A stretch of DNA of 42,715 bases from a virus (IMGVR_UViG_3300049982_000141:1-42715), one strand, 5' to 3'; positions 25,530-34,479 are shown, counted from the first letter of the stretch. Notes: generated by a model not told the origin, from the sequence alone. A program made the numbers and translations.

Positions 25530-25729
25530 GTTTTCCACTCCTCCCGCGCCGCATCGAGGGCGGCATGCCGGTCCGGGTGCAGGATGCTGAGTCGGGCGGT
25601 GTCGTAGATAGCGTCGCGTACCGGCTTACTCAGCGCGTACCAGTGCAGCTGGCAGGCGAGCAGGCGGTTGGGGATCCGAAGCGGACATTGCGGCGCCGGG
25701 CACTGGTGCGTACCGACGGCCTCGCTCAC
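25526..25729 (-). CDS. small putative Zn-binding protein
   Basis: HQCPAPQC...LACQLHW; GTGA coupling. Confidence 0.6.
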   Translation of the reverse strand: MSEAVGTHQCPAPQCPLRIPNRLLACQLHWYALSKPVRDAIYDTARLSILHPDRHAALDAAREEWKT

Positions 25730-25887
25730 CGCTCCCGCACCCACTTCCCGTTCTTGCAGTGGTCGACGGTGCCGTCGTGGTTGTAGCGGCTGATGTCCTT
25801 GCGGCCGCAACTGTTCGGTTCGGGGCAGGCAGTGAGCAGGGTCAGCGCCAGAACGGCGGCCGCGAGTGCAGTCAGGATGCGTCTCAT
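25726..25887 (-). CDS. small lipoprotein (53 aa, not in ORF track)
   Basis: MRRILTALAAAVLALTLLTA-C signal peptide with lipobox LTAC; coupled to the next gene. Confidence 0.65.
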   Translation of the reverse strand: MRRILTALAAAVLALTLLTACPEPNSCGRKDISRYNHDGTVDHCKNGKWVRER

Positions 25888-25896
25888 TTGTTCAGT

Positions 25897-26784
25897 CTAC
25901 TTGTCAACTGGTGGACTGTCAACCACGGTGCTGCCCGGGAAGGTGGACATCAGCAGGTGGACCGCGCGACGCTCCGCGGTCATCAGAATCTCGCAGGGCA
26001 GATCTTGGGGGTACGGCTTGAAGCCCGGGTTGGCGGACAGGTCGAGTCGCAGTTCGGCGTGGTCCCACGGCGTCACCTTGTCCCACGTCTTACCGGACGG
26101 CATGACGCTGCTGACGACGTTCGCGTGCCAGGCGCCGGAGGAGGAGCGCAGGACGTCGGACTCCGTGTAGCCGCCCTCCTGGCCGATGCGGATGCGGTCG
26201 CCGGCCAGGCAGTAGAGCAGGTACGCCGGCACCCATTCCGCCACGTCAGCGCCACCGTGACAATTTTTGGCGTGGCAGTAGCCTCTTTCCGTACGCGAGC
26301 ACTGGCACGGCCGGTTCGGGCAGTTCTCTACGGCGTGTGCCCGCTGGACGCAGGGCGCCTTGCACTCGCCCATCTCCGTCCGGCCTCCGCAGTCACACCA
26401 CGCCCGCGGGTCTTCGTTCGGGTTGGTCAGGCACTCGATGCAGGGGTACCGGTGATCTTTAACGTGCTCCTCCCACGTCGTGTGACGTTCGGTACCGACC
26501 GGATCCGAGGGGGTCGACTCTGCCCACGGGTCGACCCATTCAGTACTCGCCGGCAGGTTCATTCGGGCGGGCACCTTTTCGTCTTCGTGTTCCCCGCAGT
26601 CTGTAGCGGTGTGGCCGATCGGGTTGCCGTCACCGGGGCAGGTGTGGCCTCCGGCGTTGCACTGCGGGCAGGAGTAGATCAGTGCGCGCATCGCCTCCTC
26701 GAAGCGGCCGGAAGTGCCGTCCTTACCGAGATGGTTGTACGTATCGAATGCGGCCTCGATCACGGCTTTCTCTTCCGGGGTCAC
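25897..26784 (-). CDS. Cys/His-rich hypothetical protein
   Basis: GTGA coupling; several CxxC, CxC and His clusters. Confidence 0.6.
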   Translation of the reverse strand: MTPEEKAVIEAAFDTYNHLGKDGTSGRFEEAMRALIYSCPQCNAGGHTCPGDGNPIGHTATDCGEHEDEKVPARMNLPASTEWVDPWAESTPSDPVGTERHTTWEEHVKDHRYPCIECLTNPNEDPRAWCDCGGRTEMGECKAPCVQRAHAVENCPNRPCQCSRTERGYCHAKNCHGGADVAEWVPAYLLYCLAGDRIRIGQEGGYTESDVLRSSSGAWHANVVSSVMPSGKTWDKVTPWDHAELRLDLSANPGFKPYPQDLPCEILMTAERRAVHLLMSTFPGSTVVDSPPVDK

Positions 26785-26957
26785 AGTTGCTTCCCATCGT
26801 TGGTCCAGTCTTTGGACCACTCAACCTCAGCCAGATAACCGAGGTAGTGCATGGTGGCGAGATCAACCAGGGCTTGCATTTCTTTATCCTTTCTTTCCCC
26901 TTCCATGATTTCGGCGGTGTATCCGCGCGCCATGCGCATGTGTTCGTCCGGGGTCAT
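26781..26957 (-). CDS. hypothetical protein
   Basis: ATGA coupling; MTPDEHMRMA... Confidence 0.55.
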   Translation of the reverse strand: MTPDEHMRMARGYTAEIMEGERKDKEMQALVDLATMHYLGYLAEVEWSKDWTNDGKQL

Positions 26958-27325
26958 CGCTTCACTTTCTTCAGCCAGTGACGCAACAGCGCCTTGAGCG
27001 TGGGCGTAGAGGCGGGTACCGGCTGTGGGTAAACCGGCTGCACGACGTGGATCATCTGGCCCGCCTCGGTTGCACGACGGATCACCCGGTCCATCTCCGT
27101 TTCGGCGATGCACTGCACGACACCATTCGGTAGGTTATCGTCGATCAGTATTTGGATACCGAAGGCAGTGTTGCCATAGAGCGGAAGCTTCTTCGGTTCG
27201 AAGATGTTGTTCTCCCGACACATCTGATCAAAGGTCCACTGGTTGCAGAAGAAGTGTGCGTCCGGCAGGTTACGGGCAGAGACGGCGTTGCACGCCTCAA
27301 CGAATGCTTTCGTCAGCGGGGTCAT
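26954..27325 (-). CDS. hypothetical protein
   Basis: 123 aa; ATGA coupling. Confidence 0.55.
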   Translation of the reverse strand: MTPLTKAFVEACNAVSARNLPDAHFFCNQWTFDQMCRENNIFEPKKLPLYGNTAFGIQILIDDNLPNGVVQCIAETEMDRVIRRATEAGQMIHVVQPVYPQPVPASTPTLKALLRHWLKKVKR

Positions 27326-27498
27326 TGTTTCAAATTCCTGTCCATGAAGTGCAGCAGAATGGCGGCCAGGGCCAGGACGAAGGAGAGGAAGCCGGAGATA
27401 GCGGCGAGGGTCATCCTGCCCTGGCCGACCAGCACGGTGAACCAGGCACCGTCGATCAGCGCCAGCGCGGCCAGGAGGGCGATCGAATACTGCCTCAC
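27322..27498 (-). CDS. two-TM membrane protein (58 aa, not in ORF track)
   Basis: MRQYSIALLAALALIDGAWFTVLVGQGRMTLAAISGFLSFVLALAAILLHF...; coupled on both sides. Confidence 0.6.
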   Translation of the reverse strand: MRQYSIALLAALALIDGAWFTVLVGQGRMTLAAISGFLSFVLALAAILLHFMDRNLKQ

Positions 27499-27854
27499 TT
27501 CTTCTCCGCCTTACGGATCAGATCAGCGAGATCGCTGATCCGGCTGTGCCACGGTGAGTGGTGGTCGATCCGGATCCTCTGTTCCTCAAGAAACTTGCGA
27601 TCCCTAGCGATGCGCTGCTCGGCCTCATACTGCTCGGCCGTGACGAACCGGTCGACATACGAGTACTCGCTGTCTTCGCGCTGCGTCTCGCGCCGCATCC
27701 GCCACTCGCGCGGGTGAGGCTTGGTGCTGATCTCGGTAATGGTCAGCCAGACCCGCGCAGCCTTGGTGATTGTGGCCGCGATCGGCTCCCGGCTCGTCCC
27801 GCCGTAGCGGCCCGGAACGATCAGCACCGCGTCGCCTTCCTTGAAGGACTGCAT
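27495..27854 (-). CDS. hypothetical protein (possible SH3-like beta barrel)
   Basis: GGGAGG RBS; FKEGDAVLIV...ATITKAARVWLTI. Confidence 0.6.
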   Translation of the reverse strand: MQSFKEGDAVLIVPGRYGGTSREPIAATITKAARVWLTITEISTKPHPREWRMRRETQREDSEYSYVDRFVTAEQYEAEQRIARDRKFLEEQRIRIDHHSPWHSRISDLADLIRKAEKK

Positions 27855-28063
27855 TATTCCTCCCGCAACGGCATGTCGTACGTGAAGATCAGTTCCAGCC
27901 CCCAGGGCTGCGGGTCGCCGCCGCCGATCGGTTCGATGTAGCTGATAGTGCCGAGGTGCTGACCGTTGTTGGCGTCCTGGTCGACCAGCCACCCCAACTC
28001 GGCGGGATCGATGGTGCCGTCATCTGCGGCGTACACCCGGTAGATCTCCTCGCGGTTCCTCAT
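27854..28063 (-). CDS. hypothetical protein, first gene of the leftward block
   Basis: AGGGGG RBS; MRNREEIYRVY... Confidence 0.55.
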   Translation of the reverse strand: MRNREEIYRVYAADDGTIDPAELGWLVDQDANNGQHLGTISYIEPIGGGDPQPWGLELIFTYDMPLREE

Positions 28064-28079
28064 GCTGCCCCCTGGCTCC

Positions 28080-28155
28080 CAGTTCGGATGTGTACTGCGT
28101 GAGGCGTCAGCGTAGCCCGGATCAGTTGACTTCGCAACTCCATAGGTGGCATGCT
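28080..28155. promoter_or_regulatory. divergent overlapping promoters with two operator-like motifs
   Basis: leftward TTGCGA-17-TACGCT (28137-28109); rightward TTGACT-18-CATGCT (28126-28155); motifs at 28080-28097 and 28123-28140. Confidence 0.6.
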
Positions 28156-28195
28156 GGGAGGGACCGGGAGAGACCTGGCGAGAGGAGGGGCAACC

Positions 28196-28516
28196 GTGCC
28201 CGCAGTGAACAAGGCCGGGACGCAGCTTCTCGTGTCCCCGCACATCAAGACCCGCGCCCAGGCTTTGGCCGTGGTGCGCGACGAGGCGGTCGCCGAGATC
28301 TACCGGGTAGCACTCGAGGGCGGCGGGCTTCAGGCGCTCGAGCGGGCGCACGCCGAGGAGCTGGACTGGCTGCGGTCGATCTTCGAAGGGATGGGAATCG
28401 ACTACCCTCGTGCCGTCAACGCGATGCTCGCCAACGTGCCGCGGATCCGTTACGCCGACCTGTGGACGGCGGACGGCCGGCCGCGGGTGCGCTTCCCCGG
28501 ACGGCTGGACGTGTGA
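28196..28516 (+). CDS. putative ribbon-helix-helix DNA-binding regulator
   Basis: GAGGAGG RBS; GTQLLVSPHIKTRAQALAVVRDEAVAEIYRVALE strand-helix-helix pattern; first gene after the divergent control region. Confidence 0.5.
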   Translation: MPAVNKAGTQLLVSPHIKTRAQALAVVRDEAVAEIYRVALEGGGLQALERAHAEELDWLRSIFEGMGIDYPRAVNAMLANVPRIRYADLWTADGRPRVRFPGRLDV

Positions 28517-28746
28517 GCCAGCGGTACCGGGTCGGTCGGGGGAGCGCTATCCGCCGAGTGCTTTTCCGTGATGACCGGTTCATCGGCGTCCTGGACTCGG
28601 CGATCGACGCGGAACTGATCGTTCGGCTGCTCAACAACGATCTCATCGAGCGAGGTTCGATGTGCGTGTGCGACACCTATGATCCGTGCGAGGGGCAGTG
28701 CTGCGGGGCGGGACAGTGTTCGTGCTCGCTTCCACTCCTGAGCTGA
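28513..28746 (+). CDS. hypothetical protein with Cys-rich tail
   Basis: GTGA coupling; CVCDTYDPCEGQCCGAGQCSC. Confidence 0.55.
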   Translation: MSQRYRVGRGSAIRRVLFRDDRFIGVLDSAIDAELIVRLLNNDLIERGSMCVCDTYDPCEGQCCGAGQCSCSLPLLS

Positions 28747-28766
28747 CGTACCCGCACCAGACACGA

Positions 28767-28793
28767 GAACGGCCGGCATTATGCCGGCCGTTC
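28767..28793. terminator. near-perfect 27-bp palindrome/hairpin
   Basis: GAACGGCCGGCAT-T-ATGCCGGCCGTTC. Confidence 0.5.
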
Positions 28794-28848
28794 GCTGTCC
28801 CCCCGGACACGGATTCCTGTCAAAGACTCCACCGAAAGGCTAACAGAT

Positions 28849-30960
28849 ATGGCTGAGCCGGTCACACCAGAACACCAGTACGGGCTTGACATCGCACGCC
28901 GGCTCATCAAAGCGGGTGTTCCCGTGTTCGCCGCGCCACCCTGCCCCGGCCAGGAGTGCGGCCGCGCCGGGCACGGCGACGGCCGGCACGAGTACGACCT
29001 GCCGGTCGGCTGGCAGAAGACAGTGGCGTCCGAGGTGTGGCTCGAACGTTGGCAACCCGGGTGGGCACTGGCCGCAGTAGGCGGAGTACGAGCCGACTTC
29101 ATCGACGAAGACCCCCGTCACGGCGGCGACGGGAGCAGGGCCGAGCTGATCTCACTCGGCCAGTGGCCGCGGGTGTTCGGCGTGCAGAAGACCCCCAGCG
29201 GCGGCGCGCACTACCTGATCAGCCCGCTGGGAGAACGTGAGGCGAACGGCTTCATGCCCGGGTTGGACTACCAGGGCGGGATGCCGGATGGCACGTCACG
29301 GGCGTTCGTGTGGATCGCCCCCACGGTGCGGCGCAGTAAGGCCGAGGAGACGCTGGGGCAGCTGCGCGGCTACGAGTGGGTGGTCGAACCCGATCTGGTG
29401 ATGCTCGAGGAGTTCGCCGGCAGCGACGACTCGGGAGAGGGCCTGGTCGCCCGGTTACACGCACACCGTGCTCCCAGGACGCGAGAGAGCGCTCTCTCGT
29501 CGGCCTCCGGGGTAACGCAGCTGTTCGGCCCGGCACCGTTCGGACTCCGGGAGTACACCCTGGCCGAGGCGTTCGCCTTCTGCGCACCAGCCGTGGACGC
29601 CCTTCGGCAGGCGCCCCGGGGCACCATCGAGGAAACGGCGAACGCGACAGCTGCGGCACTGTCCCACTTCGTGCCGGCGTTCTGGAGTGTGGACGAGGCG
29701 TACGGCTTCCTGCTCTCGTCCCTGGCTGAGACCGATTATGATCCCTCGCACCCGGCCAGTGGGTGGACGGCGGACAAGTTCCGGGCCGTGCTGGACGGGT
29801 CACGGCCGGTAGCCGACCCCTGGGTAGCGGCCAGGAGGGTGAGCCCGGCAGAGGCGGCCGCTGCGTTCGGGCAGGCGGAGCAGGTCACTGCGGTGCCCGG
29901 CTCGCCTGAAGAGGCTGAGGCGATGGTCGACGCCCTGCTGGCTGAGATGCTCACCCCGGACGAACTCAGCGAGCGGCCCGCCCCTAAGGCGCTGGTCAAG
30001 GGACTGCTGACGCTGGATTCGATCGCCTGGGTGATCGGGGCGCCGGGCAGCAAGAAAAGCTTCGTCGTGCTGGACATGGCTGCGCACGTCGTGCGGGGTG
30101 AGCTCTGGCAGGGGTTGAAGGTTCACCGGGGGCCCGTGGTGATGATCGTGGCTGAGGGTGCCGGGGGGATGAGCACCCGGGTCAGGGCCTACCAGCAGAA
30201 GCACGGGCCGATCGGTGCCGGCATGCGGGTGCTGCCCCGGCCGGTCCAGGTCAGTGACGTGACGGGTTGGCAGGTGTTGGTAGAGGCGTGCCGCCGGCTC
30301 GAGCCTGTGCTGGTGGTCGTGGACACCCAGGCCCGGGTGACGGTGGGGCTTGAGGAGAACTCGGCTAGGGACATGGGCGTGTTCATCGCCGCGGCCGAAC
30401 GGATCCGACAGGCCACGGGTGCCTGCGTGATGGTTGTTCACCACACCGGGCGCGCCGGGGGCGACGCGCGGGGCAGTAGCGCCATCGACGGTGCGCAGGG
30501 TACGGAGCTGAAGGTGGTGCGCCAGGACGCGATGACCGGCGTGCTGCGGGTGGAGAAGCAGAAGGACCTTCAGGAGCGGCCGGAGATGCCGCTGTACTTC
30601 GAACGGGTGGTGGTCGGAGTGGATGAGGATGGGGACGAGGTCAGCTCGCTGGTGCTGCTCGAGGCGAACGCCTTCCAGGACGCACAGAGGGCTGTGCCGG
30701 TTCAGGAGGAGTACGAACGGGAGAGCCTATCCGTCAAGGAGATGATCGTCCGGGTGCTCACCGAGAACGGTGAGGATCTGGGGATCACCTCGGCTGTCAC
30801 CCGCCGGATCGTGGTCGAACGCTTCTTCGGTCAGGACCCCAAGCGGGTCCGTGACTCCACCTGGACCACCTCCTGGGGTCGGGCTGCGAAGGATCCCCGG
30901 GTGATTCAGGTTCAGCAGCGGCTCGTCAGAGATCCACTCGCAGGCGGCGAATCGTCCTGA
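28849..30960 (+). CDS. bifunctional primase-polymerase fused to RecA-like (AAA_25-type) helicase
   Basis: DFIDEDPRHGG, TPSGGAHY, GLDY prim-pol motifs; GAPGSKKS, VVVDT, VVHHTG, RGSSA helicase motifs. Confidence 0.85.
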   Translation: MAEPVTPEHQYGLDIARRLIKAGVPVFAAPPCPGQECGRAGHGDGRHEYDLPVGWQKTVASEVWLERWQPGWALAAVGGVRADFIDEDPRHGGDGSRAELISLGQWPRVFGVQKTPSGGAHYLISPLGEREANGFMPGLDYQGGMPDGTSRAFVWIAPTVRRSKAEETLGQLRGYEWVVEPDLVMLEEFAGSDDSGEGLVARLHAHRAPRTRESALSSASGVTQLFGPAPFGLREYTLAEAFAFCAPAVDALRQAPRGTIEETANATAAALSHFVPAFWSVDEAYGFLLSSLAETDYDPSHPASGWTADKFRAVLDGSRPVADPWVAARRVSPAEAAAAFGQAEQVTAVPGSPEEAEAMVDALLAEMLTPDELSERPAPKALVKGLLTLDSIAWVIGAPGSKKSFVVLDMAAHVVRGELWQGLKVHRGPVVMIVAEGAGGMSTRVRAYQQKHGPIGAGMRVLPRPVQVSDVTGWQVLVEACRRLEPVLVVVDTQARVTVGLEENSARDMGVFIAAAERIRQATGACVMVVHHTGRAGGDARGSSAIDGAQGTELKVVRQDAMTGVLRVEKQKDLQERPEMPLYFERVVVGVDEDGDEVSSLVLLEANAFQDAQRAVPVQEEYERESLSVKEMIVRVLTENGEDLGITSAVTRRIVVERFFGQDPKRVRDSTWTTSWGRAAKDPRVIQVQQRLVRDPLAGGESS

Positions 30961-30968
30961 TTTGCGAC

Positions 30969-31205
30969 TGTCTCACTTCATGTCCCAAACGATCGTTAGG
31001 GACATAGGGTGAGACATAAGGAGGCTGCCTACGTGAGACAAGGTGAGACATAAAGTGAGACTATCGTTTACCTGCGGAAATAGAGAAGTGAGACATGGTG
31101 AGACATGAGTGAGACATTGACTAGTGACTAGGTGAGACATCGCCTCTCTCTCTCTTAGAGAGGCGAGGTTGAGACACTGAGACATCTGAGACTGAGATCT
31201 GAGAC
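30969..31205 (+). repeat. iteron-like TGAGAC array, putative replication origin
   Basis: 12 direct TGAGAC copies plus one inverted copy; internal hairpin 31140-31166; non-coding, lower GC, directly after the primase-helicase. Confidence 0.75.
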
Positions 31206-31220
31206 TAAACCGGGAGCCAC

Positions 31221-31252
31221 CAGTTGACATCCCTACTGGTCGGTGCGAGGAT
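31221..31252 (+). promoter_or_regulatory. promoter with operator-like motif 6
   Basis: CAGTTGACATCCCTACTG; TTGACA-17-GAGGAT; ATG 7 nt later. Confidence 0.55.
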
Positions 31253-31259
31253 GGGGGGC

Positions 31260-31871
31260 ATGAGCGAGCAGAGCGAGAACAGTGAGCAGAGGAACACGGA
31301 GCGTTTCGTCCTGGAGATCGAGGGGGAGTGGGTGTTGATCATCGACACCGAAGCTTCCGAAGAAGCACGGGTGAAGCACGTCTTCGGAGGACCCGATCGG
31401 TTGATCAAGGCAACGAGGCGGCTTGAGGAGCTGAACGCCGAAGAGGCTCCTCCCGCCGCCTCCCTGGCCGAGCACAGTTCGCCCCAGGAGTTCCTGAACA
31501 GCCTGCCGTCGTTCGCCCGCCGGCAGCGGTTGCACTCGATGCTGGTCGAGGTCACAGCGGTCGAAGACCGGGCGGTCACCTCCCTGGCCGAGGATCGCCG
31601 GCTCCTCAACCAGCCGACGTCGCTGCGAGTGCGGCTTGAGAAGGCACTGGAAGGTACGTCCAGCCCGCTGAGCGCCACGGAGACGGCCCAGAACGTCCTG
31701 GAGGCCGCCCAGGCGGGGAAGAGGCTCGGTGAGGCGCTACGGACGGCGTACGCACCCCAGGACACCCAGGCGTACAGCTTCGTGGAGCGGCTTCAGCAGG
31801 AAGCGCGGGCCTACACCTGGGACAGTGAGCCCACGGCTCCCTTGGCCGGTCCCAAGCCGTTGCCGTACTGA
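31260..31871 (+). CDS. hypothetical protein (probably leaderless)
   Basis: 203 aa; typical codon usage. Confidence 0.6.
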   Translation: MSEQSENSEQRNTERFVLEIEGEWVLIIDTEASEEARVKHVFGGPDRLIKATRRLEELNAEEAPPAASLAEHSSPQEFLNSLPSFARRQRLHSMLVEVTAVEDRAVTSLAEDRRLLNQPTSLRVRLEKALEGTSSPLSATETAQNVLEAAQAGKRLGEALRTAYAPQDTQAYSFVERLQQEARAYTWDSEPTAPLAGPKPLPY

Positions 31872-31882
31872 GCAGCCTTGAC

Positions 31883-31915
31883 CAGTTGACATCCGCACCG
31901 GAAGGTGAGTAAGCT
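31883..31915 (+). promoter_or_regulatory. promoter with operator-like motif 7
   Basis: CAGTTGACATCCGCACCG; TTGACA-18-TAAGCT; ATG 6 nt later. Confidence 0.65.
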
Positions 31916-31921
31916 CAGCTC

Positions 31922-32122
31922 ATGGAACTCAGCGAAGCAGCGCAGGCGGCTCTCCGGTCCGGCAGTGACCGGATCGGAGCGAAGCGACAAAACCTGACTT
32001 TCAGCACAAAGGCGGAACTACTCAACGCCGGCCTGATCGGGGCGAACGCCGGCTTGACGATCAAGGGCAGCATCGAGGCGGAGCGGCTGGCCAGGGCGCT
32101 CGAGAGGGAGCTGTTCGGGTGA
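31922..32122 (+). CDS. hypothetical protein (probably leaderless)
   Basis: 66 aa; ATG at the predicted transcription start. Confidence 0.6.
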   Translation: MELSEAAQAALRSGSDRIGAKRQNLTFSTKAELLNAGLIGANAGLTIKGSIEAERLARALERELFG

Positions 32123-32607
32123 ACCTGCTCGCGCTGGTTAGGGTGGACGGGGTACCCGGTCCGAAGGGCTCACTGAGTGCCTTCTGCGTGCGGTGTGCGA
32201 AGAAGCACCTACCGCAGAGCGTCGTGGTCAAGGAACAGTCCGAGGTCGGCGCGAAGTTTCGCAAGGTGGTCGCGCGCAAGATCAAGGATCTTGGCCAGGG
32301 GCTGGTGACCGATTCTGAACATCCGTACCCGGGTGACGTGGAGACCCGGCTGATCTTCTTCATTCACCGGCAGAAGCGGGTCAGGGCCGGCGTGGAGCTG
32401 GACGAGTGGGTGCCCTCTCACGCCGGCCCGCGGCCCACGTTCCGTAACTCGGGGGACGTGGAGAAACACGCACGTAACGTGCATGATGCGCTGATGGATG
32501 CCGGCGTCATCGAAGACGATGACCAGGTCTGGCGCAGCGTGATCGAGAAACGCTGGGCGGACGTTGCCAATCCGCCCGGTTGTGTTGTGGAGGTGCGGGC
32601 AGCATGA
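32119..32607 (+). CDS. rusA: RusA-like Holliday junction resolvase
   Basis: V.GVPGPKGS...DVEKHARNVHDAL..AGVIEDDDQV...KRWA...PGCVVEV. Confidence 0.75.
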   Translation: MNLLALVRVDGVPGPKGSLSAFCVRCAKKHLPQSVVVKEQSEVGAKFRKVVARKIKDLGQGLVTDSEHPYPGDVETRLIFFIHRQKRVRAGVELDEWVPSHAGPRPTFRNSGDVEKHARNVHDALMDAGVIEDDDQVWRSVIEKRWADVANPPGCVVEVRAA

Positions 32608-33296
32608 GGTACGCCTACGTGCCGGAGAGTGTGGCCGGCGAGGCTGAGTACCGGGCGCGCCAGGAGCGGGCTGAGCTACCGCCGCCGGCCAGAGTCACCT
32701 CCCGGGACATGATCCCTACGGACGTCGTGACACCCGCGCCCGTCACCTCCCTGGCCGCCGAAGGGTTCTCCGCCGGTTGGATGGTCAAGATCCAGTACTC
32801 CCGGGGGTACGCGGTGAAGTACCGCGGCCAGTGGCAGGAGGAGGAGCTGTGGGCAGTGCGTTTCGCCCGCGGCAGCCGCGGTGCGTTCGCCGTCTACCGC
32901 TCGATCGCCGGCCGCAACACCTGGACGTGGCGGGACGTGTGGATGTGGGGAGACGACCTGCTCCCGTTCGGTCAAGCGATCGTGACTGAGTTGCGGGAGT
33001 GGTTGGAGTGGGCAGGGCGGATGCATGAGGTGTGGTATCAGGAGATCGTCGCCCGTCGCGTGGAGCAGGAACGGCTGAAGAAGCTGCGTGACCCCCTCCG
33101 CGTGGAGGTACGTAAGGCCGTTGATTCCTTCCCCGCACTCTGCGCCGGGCTGTCCTGGCCGGCAGTGCTCATGTTCGCTGCCGACTGCGCGCATGAGACA
33201 TGGGATCGGGCGGACGGCATCTATACTCCGGAAGAGTTGAGTAAGATTCTCAGCACGAAACGTGAGCTGAGCACGAAGGGGGCGGCGGCATCATGA
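32604..33296 (+). CDS. hypothetical Trp-rich protein
   Basis: GGAGG RBS and ATGA coupling. Confidence 0.6.
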   Translation: MRYAYVPESVAGEAEYRARQERAELPPPARVTSRDMIPTDVVTPAPVTSLAAEGFSAGWMVKIQYSRGYAVKYRGQWQEEELWAVRFARGSRGAFAVYRSIAGRNTWTWRDVWMWGDDLLPFGQAIVTELREWLEWAGRMHEVWYQEIVARRVEQERLKKLRDPLRVEVRKAVDSFPALCAGLSWPAVLMFAADCAHETWDRADGIYTPEELSKILSTKRELSTKGAAAS

Positions 33297-33688
33297 ACAA
33301 GCTCGAGCAGTACGGCGCAGAGCTGGCGATGCTGATGCGGCGCCAGGACGGGCACCTGCGCGAGTGGGACTTCTGCGAGGAGCAGATCGTCAAGCTCCGG
33401 CAACTCATCCTGGACGAGCCTACCGGCACCCTGTACGGTGCCGATCCGGCCGCTACCGCGGTGCTCGCCGTGCCGGCCGCCCTGCGGCGCACGGATGAGC
33501 CGGTGCCCTTGCGCAGCGATCGGCTGGACGGCGGTAACACCTTCCGGCTGAGCCCGATCGGTGACGAACTCACCTCGGGGTCGATGGCCACCATCGTGCA
33601 GTGCTCGCCTACCTGTCTGGCGCTGGAGCCACACATCCACACTGCGGATGGTGCGGTGCATCCCACTCAGCTTTTGGCGCCGTCGTGA
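33293..33688 (+). CDS. hypothetical protein
   Basis: ATGA coupling; 131 aa. Confidence 0.55.
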   Translation: MNKLEQYGAELAMLMRRQDGHLREWDFCEEQIVKLRQLILDEPTGTLYGADPAATAVLAVPAALRRTDEPVPLRSDRLDGGNTFRLSPIGDELTSGSMATIVQCSPTCLALEPHIHTADGAVHPTQLLAPS

Positions 33689-33876
33689 CGCTTCAGAGAG
33701 CACCGATCAGAGTGCGTGCGCAACTGCTTCTTCAGATTCGTAACGGTGTTCCGTGGAAAGATCTTGCAGAGCTGGACGCGCGGCGTCAGATGCTTGACCG
33801 CAACTATCTGCGGAACAGGTACCAGACAGATCTGTCTAGCGAGCGCTTGCTCATCCCGGTGCGCATTGATGGGTGA
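33685..33876 (+). CDS. hypothetical protein
   Basis: GTGA coupling; 63 aa. Confidence 0.4.
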   Translation: MTLQRAPIRVRAQLLLQIRNGVPWKDLAELDARRQMLDRNYLRNRYQTDLSSERLLIPVRIDG

Positions 33877-34339
33877 CGCTGGTACGCCGGAAGGACTCTC
33901 TGAACGTGAGCAGGAGATCTATCGCCTACGGGTGGTGAACCGCTGGACGGTCAGCAAGATCGGCGAGAAGTTTGATCTCAGTCACCAGCGTGTCTCGCAG
34001 ATCTTGGCGGACATGAAAGACCGGATGCCGCCGATCGACATCGAGGGCGTACGCCGGCAGAGTCTTCAGCTCCAGGAGGACATCCAGCGCCGGATGTACG
34101 AGCTGGCCGAGCTGGCAGGCGCACCAGTCACCGCGGGCAAGGACGGTGAGCTTGTTCTCGATCCCAGCTCTGGTGAGTACGTGCGTGACTACTCCGGCCG
34201 CATCGCCGCGCTGAAGCTCGCGCAGGAGGCGGATAAGGAGATCCGGAAGCTGCTCGGTGCCGATGCCGCACAGAAGGTGGAGAGCACCGCAACTGTTAAG
34301 TATGTTATCGAAGGGGTAGATCCGGGAGCGCTGGCGTGA
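33869..34339 (+). CDS. HTH DNA-binding protein, probable terminase small subunit
   Basis: LSEREQEIYRLR...WTVSKIGEKFDLSHQRVSQI HTH; RKLLG.DA..KVE tail; upstream of the large terminase. Confidence 0.6.
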   Translation: MGDAGTPEGLSEREQEIYRLRVVNRWTVSKIGEKFDLSHQRVSQILADMKDRMPPIDIEGVRRQSLQLQEDIQRRMYELAELAGAPVTAGKDGELVLDPSSGEYVRDYSGRIAALKLAQEADKEIRKLLGADAAQKVESTATVKYVIEGVDPGALA

Positions 34340-34453
34340 CGCACTGGTTGCTGTGGTGCGCGCTTTTCCGGGGTGAGTCTCAATGCACGTGCTGGACTGC
34401 CGAGCAGCGTGACAGGTGGCTGAGAGAGCGCTCTCACGGGTGATCATGGAGAA

Positions 34454-34471
34454 GCCCCGGTCTCCCGGGGC
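34454..34471 (-). terminator. terminator-like hairpin after the lone minus-strand gene
   Basis: GCCCCGG-GAGA-CCGGGGC then TTCTC on minus. Confidence 0.5.
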
Positions 34472-34479
34472 CAGCCTCC

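Noticed and set aside
30973-31230. 85-aa minus ORF and possible mini-CRISPR in the repeat array
   Set aside because: Units are 6-8 bp with very short spacers; the ORF is just the translated repeats
31457-32760. Recurrent CCTCCCTGGCCG 12-mer
   Set aside because: Inside CDSs and explained by common Ser-Leu-Ala codons
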